64,000 nucleotides of DNA from Candidatus Aminicenantes bacterium (GCA_963822075.1 CAWGGP010000001.1:231844-295843); one strand, 5' to 3'; shown: positions 47,537 to 58,698, counted from the first letter of the stretch. The notes: generated from the letters alone by a model not told the origin. Translations and numbers: made by a program.

Positions 47537-48739
47537 CTATATCTTGTCGAGCAGGTGCCCCATCTTCTCTTTCTTGGTCTTCATGTAGTCCCGGTTCTCC
47601 TTGCCCGGCGCGATCTCCAGCGAGATGCGCTCGCTGATCTCCAGCCCGTAGCCGGCAAGGGCGATGTACTTGGCCGGGTTGTTGGTGATCAGGCGCAGCT
47701 TCTTCAAGCCCAGGTGGCGCAGGATCTGGGCGCCGATGCCGTAGTCGCGCTGGTCGGCCTTGAAGCCCAGCTTGACGTTGGCCTGGATGGTGTCCAGGCC
47801 CTGTTCCTGCAGCTTGTAGGCCTTGATCTTGCTGGTCAGGCCGATGCCGCGCCCCTCCTGGTTGAGCAGGTAGAGGAGCACGCCGCGCTTCTCAGCGCTG
47901 ATCATCTCCATGGCCGCCTGCAGCTGCTTGCCGCAGTCGCAGCGCAGCGAGCCGAAGGTGTCGCCGGTCAGGCACTGCGAATGGACGCGGACCAGGATCG
48001 GCTCGTCGCCCGTGAGGTCGCCCTGCGTCAGGGCGATGTGCGTCTCCTGCTGGATGTGGTCGACGAAGGCCTTGATGGTGAAGTCGCCCCAGCGGGTGGG
48101 CAGGTCCGCCTCCGCGACCATCTCCACCAGCGAATCGGTCTGCACGCGGTACTTGATGATCTCCTCGATGGTGATGATCGGTATGGAGAACTTTTTTGAA
48201 AATTGCTCCAGGTCGGGCATGCGCGCCATGGTGCCGTCTTCCTTCATGATCTCGCAGATCACGCCGGCGGGCTGCAGATGTGCGAACTTGGCCAGGTCGA
48301 CCGACGCCTCGGTCTGGCCGGTGCGCACCAGCACGCCGCCGTCCTTGGCGCGCAGCGGGAAGATGTGGCCGGGGCGCGAGAGGTCCCCCGGCTTGGTCTC
48401 AGGATTGATCAGGCTCAGGATGGTGGTGGCGCGGTCGTAGGCCGAAATGCCGGTGGTGGTGTTCTTCTTGGCGTCGACCGACACGGTGAACGGGGTCTGG
48501 AAGTGCGAGGTGTTGTCGTGGACCATCAGCTGCAGGTCGAGCTCGTCGCTGCGCTTCTCGGTCAGCGAGACGCAGATCAGGCCGCGCGCCTCCCTGGCCA
48601 TGAAGTTGATCGCCTCGGGGGTGACTTTTTCGGCGGCGATCATCAAATCGCCCTCGTTCTCGCGCTCCTCATCATCGACGATGATGATCATTTTGCCCTG
48701 TCTCAGGGTCTCGATGGCTTCGGGTACGGTGATGGTCAT
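47537..48739 (-). CDS. ribBA: Bifunctional 3,4-dihydroxy-2-butanone-4-phosphate synthase / GTP cyclohydrolase II
   Basis: DENREGDL-like DHBP synthase motif and CDCG zinc site of GCH II. Confidence 0.95.
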   Translation of the reverse strand: MTITVPEAIETLRQGKMIIIVDDEERENEGDLMIAAEKVTPEAINFMAREARGLICVSLTEKRSDELDLQLMVHDNTSHFQTPFTVSVDAKKNTTTGISAYDRATTILSLINPETKPGDLSRPGHIFPLRAKDGGVLVRTGQTEASVDLAKFAHLQPAGVICEIMKEDGTMARMPDLEQFSKKFSIPIITIEEIIKYRVQTDSLVEMVAEADLPTRWGDFTIKAFVDHIQQETHIALTQGDLTGDEPILVRVHSQCLTGDTFGSLRCDCGKQLQAAMEMISAEKRGVLLYLLNQEGRGIGLTSKIKAYKLQEQGLDTIQANVKLGFKADQRDYGIGAQILRHLGLKKLRLITNNPAKYIALAGYGLEISERISLEIAPGKENRDYMKTKKEKMGHLLDKI

Positions 48740-48914
48740 CTATATATTCCTGCCTTTTTCGGTCATTTTTGCTTAACCATGGTCTGGTTCATTATAGGGC
48801 AAATGAAAAAGCAAGGCAAGGGAATGCCGTGTTCAACTTGAATATCCCTCAAAAGTAATAGAATACAAAAAAATTAAATGGCAGTTAACAGATCGTTTTT
48901 TATTGGTTGCTTTT

Positions 48915-49313
48915 CTATTTTTCTTCTGGACGATGCGCGACGCAATTGTTTCCTTCCCAGCTAGCCTTCGTGATTTGATTAGCGGTGTTAACCTCAAATG
49001 TGGTTTTGCACCAATCCGAAACCGTTCCGGACACACTTTGGTTCAACCAATAATTATACTCGGTTACCACGACCGTGCCGCTTGTCTTTAGCCACGTATA
49101 CAATTTGTTCCCATTTGGCATTTCATAAACATTGCTTGGAGGACCCCATTGTGAAATCAATCCATTAACATCAAGTCCTATCCAGGTCTCCATCGCTCCC
49201 TTATAATATTTTGGCGACACCGTTGGCTGAAAAAAAGCACCTGAACAGGCAGTAGTCAGGAGTGCACTGGCTGATAAAACAAGAAGCGCATTAAATTTCA
49301 AATATTTTTTCAT
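48915..49313 (-). CDS. Hypothetical lipoprotein in a low-GC insert (lipobox LLTTAC)
   Basis: MKKYLKFNALLVLSASALLTTACSG; local GC far below flanks. Confidence 0.55.
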   Translation of the reverse strand: MKKYLKFNALLVLSASALLTTACSGAFFQPTVSPKYYKGAMETWIGLDVNGLISQWGPPSNVYEMPNGNKLYTWLKTSGTVVVTEYNYWLNQSVSGTVSDWCKTTFEVNTANQITKASWEGNNCVAHRPEEK

Positions 49314-49588
49314 TTTCACTCCTTCGTTTATTGAATTGTGTGACACCGATTATTGAAATAAAACAAAGTAATGTCAAGTTGTTGCACCGCCCCGCCTTGA
49401 GTGGGTACCGTGAAATCGCATAATTGGATATCTTCGCGGATCTGGAACTGAGCAACTGGGATGTATCTACGACAGGGCTCTCTCGAATCGGCTGGTGTAA
49501 GCTACAAGATGTCAAGAAAATAAGAACCATCCCCAAAGCCCGAAGTTAACTGGTTGTTTAAAATTAAATTCCTTTTAAAAACCAAGTA

Positions 49589-50176
49589 TTAAGAATGCTT
49601 CTGGAAATTGTATAAATATTTAGCGACCTGATCCAGCTCGATGTTGACGCGCTCGCCGACGCGAAGAAGGCGCAGGTTGGTGACGGCGAGAGTTTGGGGG
49701 ATAATTTCAACCGCGAGCCAGGATTCGCCGACGTCGGCCACGGTCAGGCTGACGCCGTTGAGGGCGACCGAGCCGCGCTCCACGATGAACTTGCGCCATT
49801 CCCTGTCGAGGAAAGAAAAATCGAAGCGCGAGTTCTGGTCGCCCTTGTTCAGGGCGCGCACGCGCACCGTGCCGTCGATGTGGCCGCTGACCAGGTGGCC
49901 GCCCAACAAACCATTGGCGGACACAGGAAATTCGATATTGAGAAGCGAGCCAATGGGCAGGTCGCCCAGGTTGGAGAGCTTCAGGGTGGGGGCGGCGAGA
50001 TTGAAGCGGTAGAGGTCGTCCTTTTTTTCGATCAGGGTCAGGCAGACGCCGTTGACCGCCAGCGAGTCGCCGACGGCGAGCGTCCGGTCCAGGGCGGCGC
50101 GGATGGTCAGGACCGGGCGGTTCTTCTTTTCCAGCTTGACCAGGGCGGCGGTGGTCGCGATCAGTCCGGTGAACAT
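49589..50176 (-). CDS. ribE: Riboflavin synthase alpha chain
   Basis: MFTGLI… duplicated lumazine-binding halves. Confidence 0.9.
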   Translation of the reverse strand: MFTGLIATTAALVKLEKKNRPVLTIRAALDRTLAVGDSLAVNGVCLTLIEKKDDLYRFNLAAPTLKLSNLGDLPIGSLLNIEFPVSANGLLGGHLVSGHIDGTVRVRALNKGDQNSRFDFSFLDREWRKFIVERGSVALNGVSLTVADVGESWLAVEIIPQTLAVTNLRLLRVGERVNIELDQVAKYLYNFQKHS

Positions 50177-51276
50177 TTTCGGTACCCCCTCATCATGGTG
50201 CCGCTGGCGAATGGGCTCCAGCGGCAATCGACCAGCTCCAGCGCGTCCTCGAGGCGGTCCCCGGAAGCGAAGATCTGGACCGAGTTCCGGCCGCCCACGA
50301 TCTTGTTGGAAAAGAACAGGGCCATCTCGTCGAACAGGCGCTCGCGGACGAAAGAGTCGAGCACTTGCCCGCCCCCTTCCACCAGCAGCGAGGCGATGCC
50401 CAGCCTGGATAATTGCTCCAGGACGTCGGCCAGGACCAGGCCGTTGGCGTCATGGCGCACGAAGAAATGGCGCGGGACTTTTTTTCTCCGGTCGGCGGCA
50501 TCACGGGAACTGAAAATGATCAAAGGGAAGCGTTCCTGGTCCTTGAATATGTTCAGCCGCCGCGAGAGCGAGTTTCCCGAGTCAAGCACTACGCGGTACA
50601 GGGTCTTCCCCTCCCATCCCGGCTCGCGCAGGTTCAGCCCCGGGTCGTCGGCCAATATGGTGCCGCGGCCGGCGAGGATGGCGGAAAACTCGCCGCGCAG
50701 GCTGTGCGAATAGCGGCGCCCCTCCTCGGAGGTGACCCAGCGCGAGCGCCCGGCGTCGTCGGTGAGCTTGCCGTCCAGGGAGATGCCGGCGTGCAGGGCG
50801 ACGTAGGGGATCCGCCGGCGGATGGCCTTGAGGTAGTGGCGGTTGAGCCGCTCCGCCCAGTCCTGGAAAAGGCCCACGCGGGTCAGGATGCCGTGGGCGC
50901 GCAGCTTGCGGATGCCGCGGCCGTCGACCAGCGGGTTGGGGTCGCGCATGGCCATCACCACCCGCTCGACCTTCCTGGCGATGATCAGGTCGGCGCAGGG
51001 AGGGTTCTTGCCGAAATGGGCGCAGGGCTCCAGGGTGACGTACAGGGTGGAGCCGGGGACGTCCAGGTGCTCCAGGGCCATCGCCTCGGCGTGCGGGGCG
51101 CCGAACGCCCGGTGATAGCCGCCGGCCAGGACGCGGCCGTCCTTCACCGCCACCGCGCCCACCAGCGGGTTGGGCTCGGTGTAGCCCAGCCCCTTGCGGC
51201 TCAGCCGCAGGGCGATCTTCATGAATTTGCGGTCGTCCGCCGCTTGTTGGACGCCGGTTCCCGTTTTCCTGTTCAT
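50161..51276 (-). CDS. ribD: Bifunctional riboflavin biosynthesis deaminase/reductase RibD
   Basis: CMP/dCMP deaminase zinc motif HAE…PCxxC then reductase domain. Confidence 0.9.
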   Translation of the reverse strand: MNRKTGTGVQQAADDRKFMKIALRLSRKGLGYTEPNPLVGAVAVKDGRVLAGGYHRAFGAPHAEAMALEHLDVPGSTLYVTLEPCAHFGKNPPCADLIIARKVERVVMAMRDPNPLVDGRGIRKLRAHGILTRVGLFQDWAERLNRHYLKAIRRRIPYVALHAGISLDGKLTDDAGRSRWVTSEEGRRYSHSLRGEFSAILAGRGTILADDPGLNLREPGWEGKTLYRVVLDSGNSLSRRLNIFKDQERFPLIIFSSRDAADRRKKVPRHFFVRHDANGLVLADVLEQLSRLGIASLLVEGGGQVLDSFVRERLFDEMALFFSNKIVGGRNSVQIFASGDRLEDALELVDCRWSPFASGTMMRGYRKCSPD

Positions 51277-52154
51277 CGGCCCAGCAGCGAATCGACGAAT
51301 TCGCCCGCGTCAAATTCCAGCAGGTCGCCCGCGCCTTCCCCGCTGCCCACGAAGAAGACCGGCAGCTTCATGCGCTCGGCGATGGTGATGACGCCGCCGC
51401 CCTTGGCGGTGCCGTCCAGCTTGGCCAGGACCAGGCCGTTGATCCCGGAGAACTCCCTGAATTTCTCGGCCTGCACCAGCGCGTTCTGGCCGGTGGAGGC
51501 GTCGAGCACCAGCCAGGTCTCGGCCGGCTGGGCAGGGGAGAATTTGTGGATGACCTTGGTGATCTTTTCCAGCTCGCGCATCAGGTTTTCCTTGCTCTGC
51601 ATGCGGCCGGCGGTGTCGATGACCAGCAGGTCGAACTCCTTGCTCGCCCAGGACTGCATGCTGTTGAAGACCACCGAGCCGGGGTCGGCGCCGCGTTCGC
51701 CGCCCACGACCGGGATGCCGAGCTTCTCCCCCCACAGGGTGAGCTGGGTGGAGCCGGCGGCGCGGAAGGTGTCGGCGGCGGCCAGGAGGACGCGCCGGCC
51801 GCGGTCGCGGAAATGGGCGGCCAGCTTGGCGGCGGTGGTGGTCTTGCCGCTGCCGTTCACCCCGACCAGCAGCAGGACGCTCTTTTCGCCTGCGCCCAGG
51901 GTGGAGCGCCGCTGGCCCGCGAACACCGCCAGCAGCTCCTGGCGCAGGAAGTCCAGGGTCTCCTCCTTTCCGGCCTGGTTTTTTATCTTCTTGCCGATGC
52001 CGGCCATGACGCGCTCGACCACCGGCAGCGAGATGTCGGCGAGCAGCAGCAGCTCCTCCAGTTCGGCGGCGATCTCTTCCTTGTTCTTGGCGGCGGTGAA
52101 AAGCGAGGCCCACCGTTCCCGGAATTTCGTGCCGAAGAGATCCTTGAGAGCCAT
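51273..52154 (-). CDS. ftsY: Signal-recognition-particle receptor FtsY (NG domain only)
   Basis: GVNGSGKTTT, DTAGR, GxxxxKLDG motifs. Confidence 0.9.
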   Translation of the reverse strand: MALKDLFGTKFRERWASLFTAAKNKEEIAAELEELLLLADISLPVVERVMAGIGKKIKNQAGKEETLDFLRQELLAVFAGQRRSTLGAGEKSVLLLVGVNGSGKTTTAAKLAAHFRDRGRRVLLAAADTFRAAGSTQLTLWGEKLGIPVVGGERGADPGSVVFNSMQSWASKEFDLLVIDTAGRMQSKENLMRELEKITKVIHKFSPAQPAETWLVLDASTGQNALVQAEKFREFSGINGLVLAKLDGTAKGGGVITIAERMKLPVFFVGSGEGAGDLLEFDAGEFVDSLLGR

Positions 52155-52214
52155 GCGGGCATTATAGACGATAACTATGCCCTTTTCAATTGCGCCGCCG
52201 ATGACGAATTGAGC

Positions 52215-52702
52215 TTAAAAGTATCCCACCACCAGGCCGACCAGCCCGGCGATGACGTTGGTCCAGATGTCGTTGGCGTCGACCACCCGGTTCTGGAAAA
52301 AGAACTGGATCAGCTCGAAGGCGAACGCGGAAACGATAAGGATGAAGAACGGCAGGGGCGAGGAGGCCCGTTTGTTTTCCTTGAAGAGCAGGACCCCCAG
52401 AATGAAGAATTCGGCGATGTGCAGGAAATTGGAGAAGAAGGCCCGGTTCAGGAATATCCGGCGCTGGAAGAGAAAATAAAAGACGATGGTCGCCGCCAGC
52501 AGGATGGCGGCGTTCTCCAGCGCCTTGCCGCCGGTGAGCGCCTTGAGGAAAGCCAGGACGAAAAAGGCGACCAGTATTCCCAGGAGGAGGTAATTGCTGA
52601 AATTGAAACCCTTGAACCCCACCAGCAGGTTCCTGAACTGGAGGTGGAACGGGGAGGTCACCAGCAGGAGCAGGATGTAGAGGAGCGAAAACCTGTATTT
52701 TC

Positions 52703-52706
<4 letters not shown>
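52215..52706 (-). CDS. VanZ-family membrane protein
   Basis: 4 TM helices with VanZ-like pattern; start 4-nt overlap with recA stop. Confidence 0.6.
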
Positions 52707-53731
<1,025 letters not shown>

Positions 53732-53804
53732 TGGGTCCTCCTCCGATGGTAGAGCTTATTGTATCAGTATTATTGGACAATGGAAAGTGGCGAGATTTAG
53801 TAAC

Positions 53805-53874
53805 AAGTGACGAGTGACGAGTGACAAGAAGAACGAGGACGAGGTTCGACGTTAGACGTTCGAAGTTCGATGTT
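53805..53874. repeat. Two heptanucleotide tandem arrays upstream of recA: AGTGACG x3 and GTTCGAN x4.5
   Basis: Seen in sequence 75-145 nt upstream of recA start. Confidence 0.65.
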
Positions 53875-54042
53875 GAGGAAAGTGGCACTTGGCAGGCGCA
53901 GCGACATTCCCCGGAACGCCTTGTGGACGTCGAGTAGACGGCCATCGGTTCCCGGAGGCCTCGGTGCTCCGGGAAAAAGTGAAGGGGAATGGCGCGAAAG
54001 CCTGCCGAAATGAAGCGATGTTTTGAGTGCGTGATCATTTCC

Positions 54043-54421
54043 TTAGGTGGATAACAGGGTTATCTTCAGCCCTTTTTTCGCGAACAGCGAGAAATGATGG
54101 TCCAGGGTGAGGATCTCTTCGCAGCCGGCCTCGATGAACTGGCTGATCAGGATGGCGTCCATGGCGGGCATTCCCGGTCTCGTGGGCGATCAGCGCGGCC
54201 TGCACCGCGGCGGCGGCGGTCACGGGCAGCGCCTCGACGGCCTTGGCGATATCCTCCAGCACGGTCGGCCACGCCTTGAGGTCGCCGTCCAGCATCCGTT
54301 TGCGCAGTTCGAAAAAGCAGAGGGTGGAGGTCAGGAGCTCCCGGTTTTCCCAGGCGTCCACCGCGCCCGGCCGCCCGGCGGCGAGGGCGTAGAAGAAACT
54401 GGTGTCAATCCCGGTCAGCAT
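54043..54421 (-). CDS. vapC: PIN-domain toxin VapC, frameshift near 54175
   Basis: N-terminal LTGIDTSFF acidic residue, C-terminal …LTLDHHF… in second frame. Confidence 0.7.
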
Positions 54422-54644
54422 CGGCCGCCGTCCGCTCGCGGTGGAGCGCTTCCCAGCCCATGGGCGAAAGCGCCTGGCGGATGCGATCCAGGACCTGCTT
54501 GCGGGCCCCGAGCATTTCGCCGGTCTTCAGGTATTCCTCGACGGCGCGGCTGATGATCCGCGATACCGGCAGGTCGCTGGCCTGGGCCCGGGCGCGCACC
54601 GCTTCCAGGACATCTTTTTTCAAGTAAAAGCTTACAGCAGGCAT
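54405..54644 (-). CDS. vapB: Ribbon-helix-helix (CopG-like) antitoxin VapB
   Basis: MPAVSFYLKKDVLEAVRARA is an RHH beta-strand/helix; overlaps vapC start. Confidence 0.65.
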   Translation of the reverse strand: MPAVSFYLKKDVLEAVRARAQASDLPVSRIISRAVEEYLKTGEMLGARKQVLDRIRQALSPMGWEALHRERTAADADRD

Positions 54645-54814
54645 AATATCCTCATTAAATATAGTATCATGATATGATATGATTTTCAACAAAAAAATGT
54701 AGGCCCGGGTTATCCCGCCCTTTTGGGGATTGTCCGCGGCATTTGGGCGCGATGACCGTGCCCTACGGTTCGATATTATCGGGCACGCGCACGCCGTTCG
54801 CCCCTACGCAGGCC

Positions 54815-55300
54815 CTATTTCCCCAGGTACTCTATCTTGCCGAACTCCTCGTCCTGGCGGTGGTAGGTCTCGATCAGTTCTTTCAGCGAGTTCAGCAGGT
54901 GGATGATGTCGCTTTCGATCTCCTTTCTCTTGAACTGCAGGTTCTTTATCTCTTCGCGGATGGCCATCTGGCGGATCACGGCGTGCTTGACGATCTCCTC
55001 GGACTTGATCTCCGCGTCCTTGGTGATCAGCTCCGCCTCCTTGTGGGAGTTGGCCTTGATCTCGCTGGAAAATTTCTGGGCGGCGATCAGGGTGTCTCTC
55101 AGTAGCTCTTCCTTTTTTTCCAGCTTGCCCAGGTCCTCGCGCAGCCTTTCCGTCCTGGACTTCATCTCTTCCTTTTCCTGGATCTCGCTCTCCAGGGTCT
55201 CGGCGATCTGCTGCAAAAAGCCCTTGACCTCGTCGGGGTCGAAGCCCTTGATGCGTTTGGAAAAGGTCTGGCTCAGAATTTCCTGTGGCGTCAATTTCAT
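54815..55300 (-). CDS. DivIVA-domain cell-division protein
   Basis: MKLTPQEILSQTFSKRIKGFDPDEVKGFL DivIVA N-terminal signature plus coiled coil. Confidence 0.85.
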   Translation of the reverse strand: MKLTPQEILSQTFSKRIKGFDPDEVKGFLQQIAETLESEIQEKEEMKSRTERLREDLGKLEKKEELLRDTLIAAQKFSSEIKANSHKEAELITKDAEIKSEEIVKHAVIRQMAIREEIKNLQFKRKEIESDIIHLLNSLKELIETYHRQDEEFGKIEYLGK

Positions 55301-55321
55301 GGTGCCTCCTTTTTTCGCGGC

Positions 55322-56008
55322 TCAGGCCTTGCGCCGGCCGAACAGGGCCGTGCCGATGCGCACCAGCGTGGCCCCCTCTTCCACCGCGACCTCGTAATCG
55401 TGGCTCATGCCCATGGAGAGGTGGGCGATCTTCATGTTGGCGATCGCCATCCGGTTGATGTCCCCCTGCAGCTCGCGCAGCCGGGCGAAGTAGGGCCTGG
55501 ACTTTTCCGCGTCCTCGAAATAAGGGGGGACGGCCATCAGGCCGCTGACCTTCACCTTGTTGAGGTTGGCGATATAGGCGATGGCCTTTTTCAGCCCCTC
55601 GATGGTGAACCCCGACTTACTTTTCTCTTCGCCGATGTTGACCTCGATGAACACCTCGACCGGGTCGTCCACCCGCTTGTGGATGTGCTCCAGGGTCTTG
55701 ACCCCGTCGACCGACTCGATCAGGCGGAAGAGGGTCAGTATCTTGTTGATTTTGTTTTTCTGCAGCCTGCCGATGAAATGCCACTCGATATCCTGCCGCC
55801 CGGGGAAATGACGCATGTGCGCCTCGGCTTCCTGGCTCTTGTTCTCCCCGAGCAGATGGATGCCCAGCTCGAGCACCTGCCTGATCTTTTCCGGCCCCTG
55901 GTCCTTGCAGACGGCCAGCAGGCGCACCTGGCCCGGGTCCCGTTTGGCGCGCTGGCAGGCCCGGGCGATATTCTGCCTGATCAGCTCGAGATTATCCTTG
56001 ATGGCCAT
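55322..56008 (-). CDS. yggS: YggS-family PLP homeostasis protein
   Basis: LLAVCKDQ… lysine site, about 228 aa. Confidence 0.85.
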   Translation of the reverse strand: MAIKDNLELIRQNIARACQRAKRDPGQVRLLAVCKDQGPEKIRQVLELGIHLLGENKSQEAEAHMRHFPGRQDIEWHFIGRLQKNKINKILTLFRLIESVDGVKTLEHIHKRVDDPVEVFIEVNIGEEKSKSGFTIEGLKKAIAYIANLNKVKVSGLMAVPPYFEDAEKSRPYFARLRELQGDINRMAIANMKIAHLSMGMSHDYEVAVEEGATLVRIGTALFGRRKA

Positions 56009-56297
56009 TTTCCAAGTTCGCGTTTCTCTTGTTCAGGTAATTTTTGTAAAACCCCCAAATGTAAAACAGGGCGCTGACGGCCATGCCGTGCCTGCCGATG
56101 TACTTGGACCAGAAAAAGAAGACGAAGACGAACAACAGGAAGGCAATGATGGCCAGCCCCTGCATGTCGCGCCCTTTCCGGGGATCCTTCAGGATCGTGG
56201 AATTGCTCTCGTCCATGGGGCCGCCGCAGTTGAGGCAGATCTTGTATTCGGGGTCATATTCCTGGACGTGGCCGCAGCCGGGGCACTGGATGTTCAT
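55992..56297 (-). CDS. Zinc-ribbon membrane protein (CPxCG…CxxCG then TM helix)
   Basis: MNIQCPGCGHVQEYDPEYKICLNCGG followed by hydrophobic segment. Confidence 0.45.
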   Translation of the reverse strand: MNIQCPGCGHVQEYDPEYKICLNCGGPMDESNSTILKDPRKGRDMQGLAIIAFLLFVFVFFFWSKYIGRHGMAVSALFYIWGFYKNYLNKRNANLENGHQG

Positions 56298-56401
56298 CGC
56301 GCTTGACCGGGCCGCGGGTCGAAAATTTTGCCTGCCATGCCCATGATTATACAATACCCGGGCCTTTTTTTCAAAGAGCGGGCCGCGCTGCGGGGAGGGG
56401 C

Positions 56402-58039
56402 TCAATTGCCTCCCAGGGCCAGGCGGAAACCCAGGATGTTCAATTTGCTCTCCGGGTTTTCGCTGCTGCGGTTGGCGCTGCGGACCAGGTCGGGGCCGTT
56501 CGCCCAGGAACCGCCGCGCACGACCTTTTCGGCGCCCGTTTCCGGCCCGCGCGGGTTCTCGCGGGGGGAGTTCCGGTAGAAGCCCGGGTCGTACCAGTCG
56601 AGGGTCCACTCCCAGACGTTGCCGGCGAGGTCGAGGATGCCGTAGGGCGAGGCGCCCAGGGGATAAGAGCCCACGGGCATGGTCCGCATGTTCTCCTTGT
56701 CGAAATTGGCGCGCTCGGGGTCGGGCGGCTGGCTGCCCCAGGGATAGCGGTCACGGGCGGCCTTTTCCCATTCGGCCTCGCTGGGCAGGCGGAACTTGAG
56801 GCCGGTCTTTTTCGCCAGCCAGCTGCAGTAGTCCCGGGCGTCGTTCCAGGAAACGTAGACGGCGGGGCGGTTCCCCCTGCCCCAGCTTTCGTCGGCGGCC
56901 TTTTCCCGCCCGCTCTCGGCGCAGAAACGGTCGTATTGCTCGAAGGTCACCTCGCTCTTGCCCAGCCAGTAGCCGTCGAGAAAAACCTTGTGGGCGGGGT
57001 GCTCGTCGGCATCGCCATCGCGGGCCGGGGAGCCGATGGTGAATTCGCCCTCCGGGATGTATACCATGGTGATGCCGCCGGGGAAAACGGCTTCCCAGTT
57101 CCCTTTATCGTTGCGGGCGATCTTTTCGGCCTTGGCGGCGATCTTTTTCAGGAACGGTTCGGCATAGGCCGTTTTTTCGCCCGCCTGGGCCTGGCTTGGC
57201 TCGGCCTCGAGCTTGGGCGCGGCCTTGGCCTCGGCCTTGTTGGCCTCGGGTTTGGGGGCGGGTGGCGTCCCGGCCCCGGCTTCCAGGAGGGAATCGATCT
57301 GGGGACGGACATCTTTCAATTGCGCCGCTTTTTCGTTTAAGGTCGCCTCCAGTTCCTGGGGGTACTCGCGGGCAATGATGCGCAAGCGGCTTTGCACGTC
57401 GGACATGCCCTCGGGGTAGACGCGCATGGCCTGGACCAGGTAAAGGAAAGAGATCTTGACGTTGGTCTTTTCATAGTTGGCGTCGGCCTTTTTCAGGTAA
57501 TCCTTGAATTTCGCGCCGCGATCGGCGGCGGAGATCATTTTTTTCATTTCATTGCATTTTTCCTGGGCCACCAGGTTGCCGGGTTCCATCTTCAGCGCCT
57601 TCTGGTAAAGTTCCAATGCCGCCTGGAATCTCCCGGCATCGGCCGCCTTGTCTCCATGCTCGATGTAGCCTTCGGCGTTCTCGGCGACGATGGCGGCGGC
57701 GGGTTCGGACTTGCCTTCCGCCGGCACCAGGTTCTGCTCGAACACCACGTAGCGGGCATCGGCGGCGTTGAGCCCCTTGCCGACCTCCACGGTCAGCTCG
57801 GCGGTGCGCGCGGATGTCTTGCCCACGGTAAAGACCCCGATGTTGATGGTATAGTCGCCGCCGGGCTCCTTGTATACGGCCTTGACGATGCCTTTCATGC
57901 CGGTCTGGACGCCGTCGGCGGCGCCGCGGTCGATGGTCAGGGCCAGGCCTTTATGGGCGGTGACGTTGGCGATGGTCTCCGCCTGCGCCAGCAACGCTGA
58001 AAAAATCATCAGCAAAAAAACGACCGCTAATTTTTTCAT
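56402..58039 (-). CDS. Secreted formylglycine-generating-enzyme (SUMF1/FGE) family protein with N-terminal TPR-like region
   Basis: C-terminal RGGSW and GFRLA FGE-sulfatase domain motifs. Confidence 0.75.
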   Translation of the reverse strand: MKKLAVVFLLMIFSALLAQAETIANVTAHKGLALTIDRGAADGVQTGMKGIVKAVYKEPGGDYTINIGVFTVGKTSARTAELTVEVGKGLNAADARYVVFEQNLVPAEGKSEPAAAIVAENAEGYIEHGDKAADAGRFQAALELYQKALKMEPGNLVAQEKCNEMKKMISAADRGAKFKDYLKKADANYEKTNVKISFLYLVQAMRVYPEGMSDVQSRLRIIAREYPQELEATLNEKAAQLKDVRPQIDSLLEAGAGTPPAPKPEANKAEAKAAPKLEAEPSQAQAGEKTAYAEPFLKKIAAKAEKIARNDKGNWEAVFPGGITMVYIPEGEFTIGSPARDGDADEHPAHKVFLDGYWLGKSEVTFEQYDRFCAESGREKAADESWGRGNRPAVYVSWNDARDYCSWLAKKTGLKFRLPSEAEWEKAARDRYPWGSQPPDPERANFDKENMRTMPVGSYPLGASPYGILDLAGNVWEWTLDWYDPGFYRNSPRENPRGPETGAEKVVRGGSWANGPDLVRSANRSSENPESKLNILGFRLALGGN

Positions 58040-58215
58040 TTTCTGCTCCTGTAATAATGAACATTCAAGCATAACGGCAAAATAAATTCAACAACCGCCG
58101 CCTGCCGCCCGCCGGCCGGGAAACGGTCTGCCAGGGCGGGCTTGGAAACGGGCGGCGTTTCTGCTAGAATGCCGCATAAGCAACCTGGATTTTTCGCCGA
58201 CCAGGAGGAGGACCC

Positions 58216-58698
58216 ATGGCCCCTAAACAATGGAACAGCCCGCCGCCGCTGAGCATCGACGCCCAGCGCACCTACGTGGCGTCGATCGAGACCGACAAAG
58301 GGACGATCAAGGTGGAGCTCTACCCCCAGCACGCCCCGCAGACGGTCAACAATTTCCTATTCCTGGCCCGCGAGGGCTACTATGACGGGGTCGTTTTTCA
58401 CCGGGTGATCCCCAATTTCGTCATCCAGGGCGGAGACCCGACCGGCAGCGGCTGCGGCGGGCCGGGCTACAAATTCGCCGACGAACTGAAGGGGAACCCG
58501 CTGAAGCATGAGACCGGTTCGCTGTCCATGGCCAATGCCGGCCCCAACACCAACGGCAGCCAGTTCTTCATCACCCATGCGCCGCAGCCGCACCTGGACG
58601 GCAAGCACACGGTGTTCGGCAAGGTGGTCGCCGGCCAGGAGGTGGTGGACGCCATCCGCGCCGGCGACAAGATGCTGCGGGTGCGGGTCGAGGGGTAG
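58216..58698 (+). CDS. ppiB: Peptidyl-prolyl cis-trans isomerase, cyclophilin type
   Basis: [30 protein letters not shown]. Confidence 0.9.
   Translation: MAPKQWNSPPPLSIDAQRTYVASIETDKGTIKVELYPQHAPQTVNNFLFLAREGYYDGVVFHRVIPNFVIQGGDPTGSGCGGPGYKFADELKGNPLKHETGSLSMANAGPNTNGSQFFITHAPQPHLDGKHTVFGKVVAGQEVVDAIRAGDKMLRVRVEG

Noticed and set aside
49314-49588. Possible FMN riboswitch in the ribE-lipoprotein spacer or elsewhere in the rib cluster
   Set aside because: No RFN core motifs (GGTGAAATTCC or CGGCGGTA-like segments in the right order and strand) could be found by eye. Needs a covariance-model search to be definitive.
53732-54035. Canonical LexA/SOS box upstream of recA
   Set aside because: Only GTTC heptad direct repeats were found, no recognisable palindromic SOS operator. 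Reported as a repeat finding instead.
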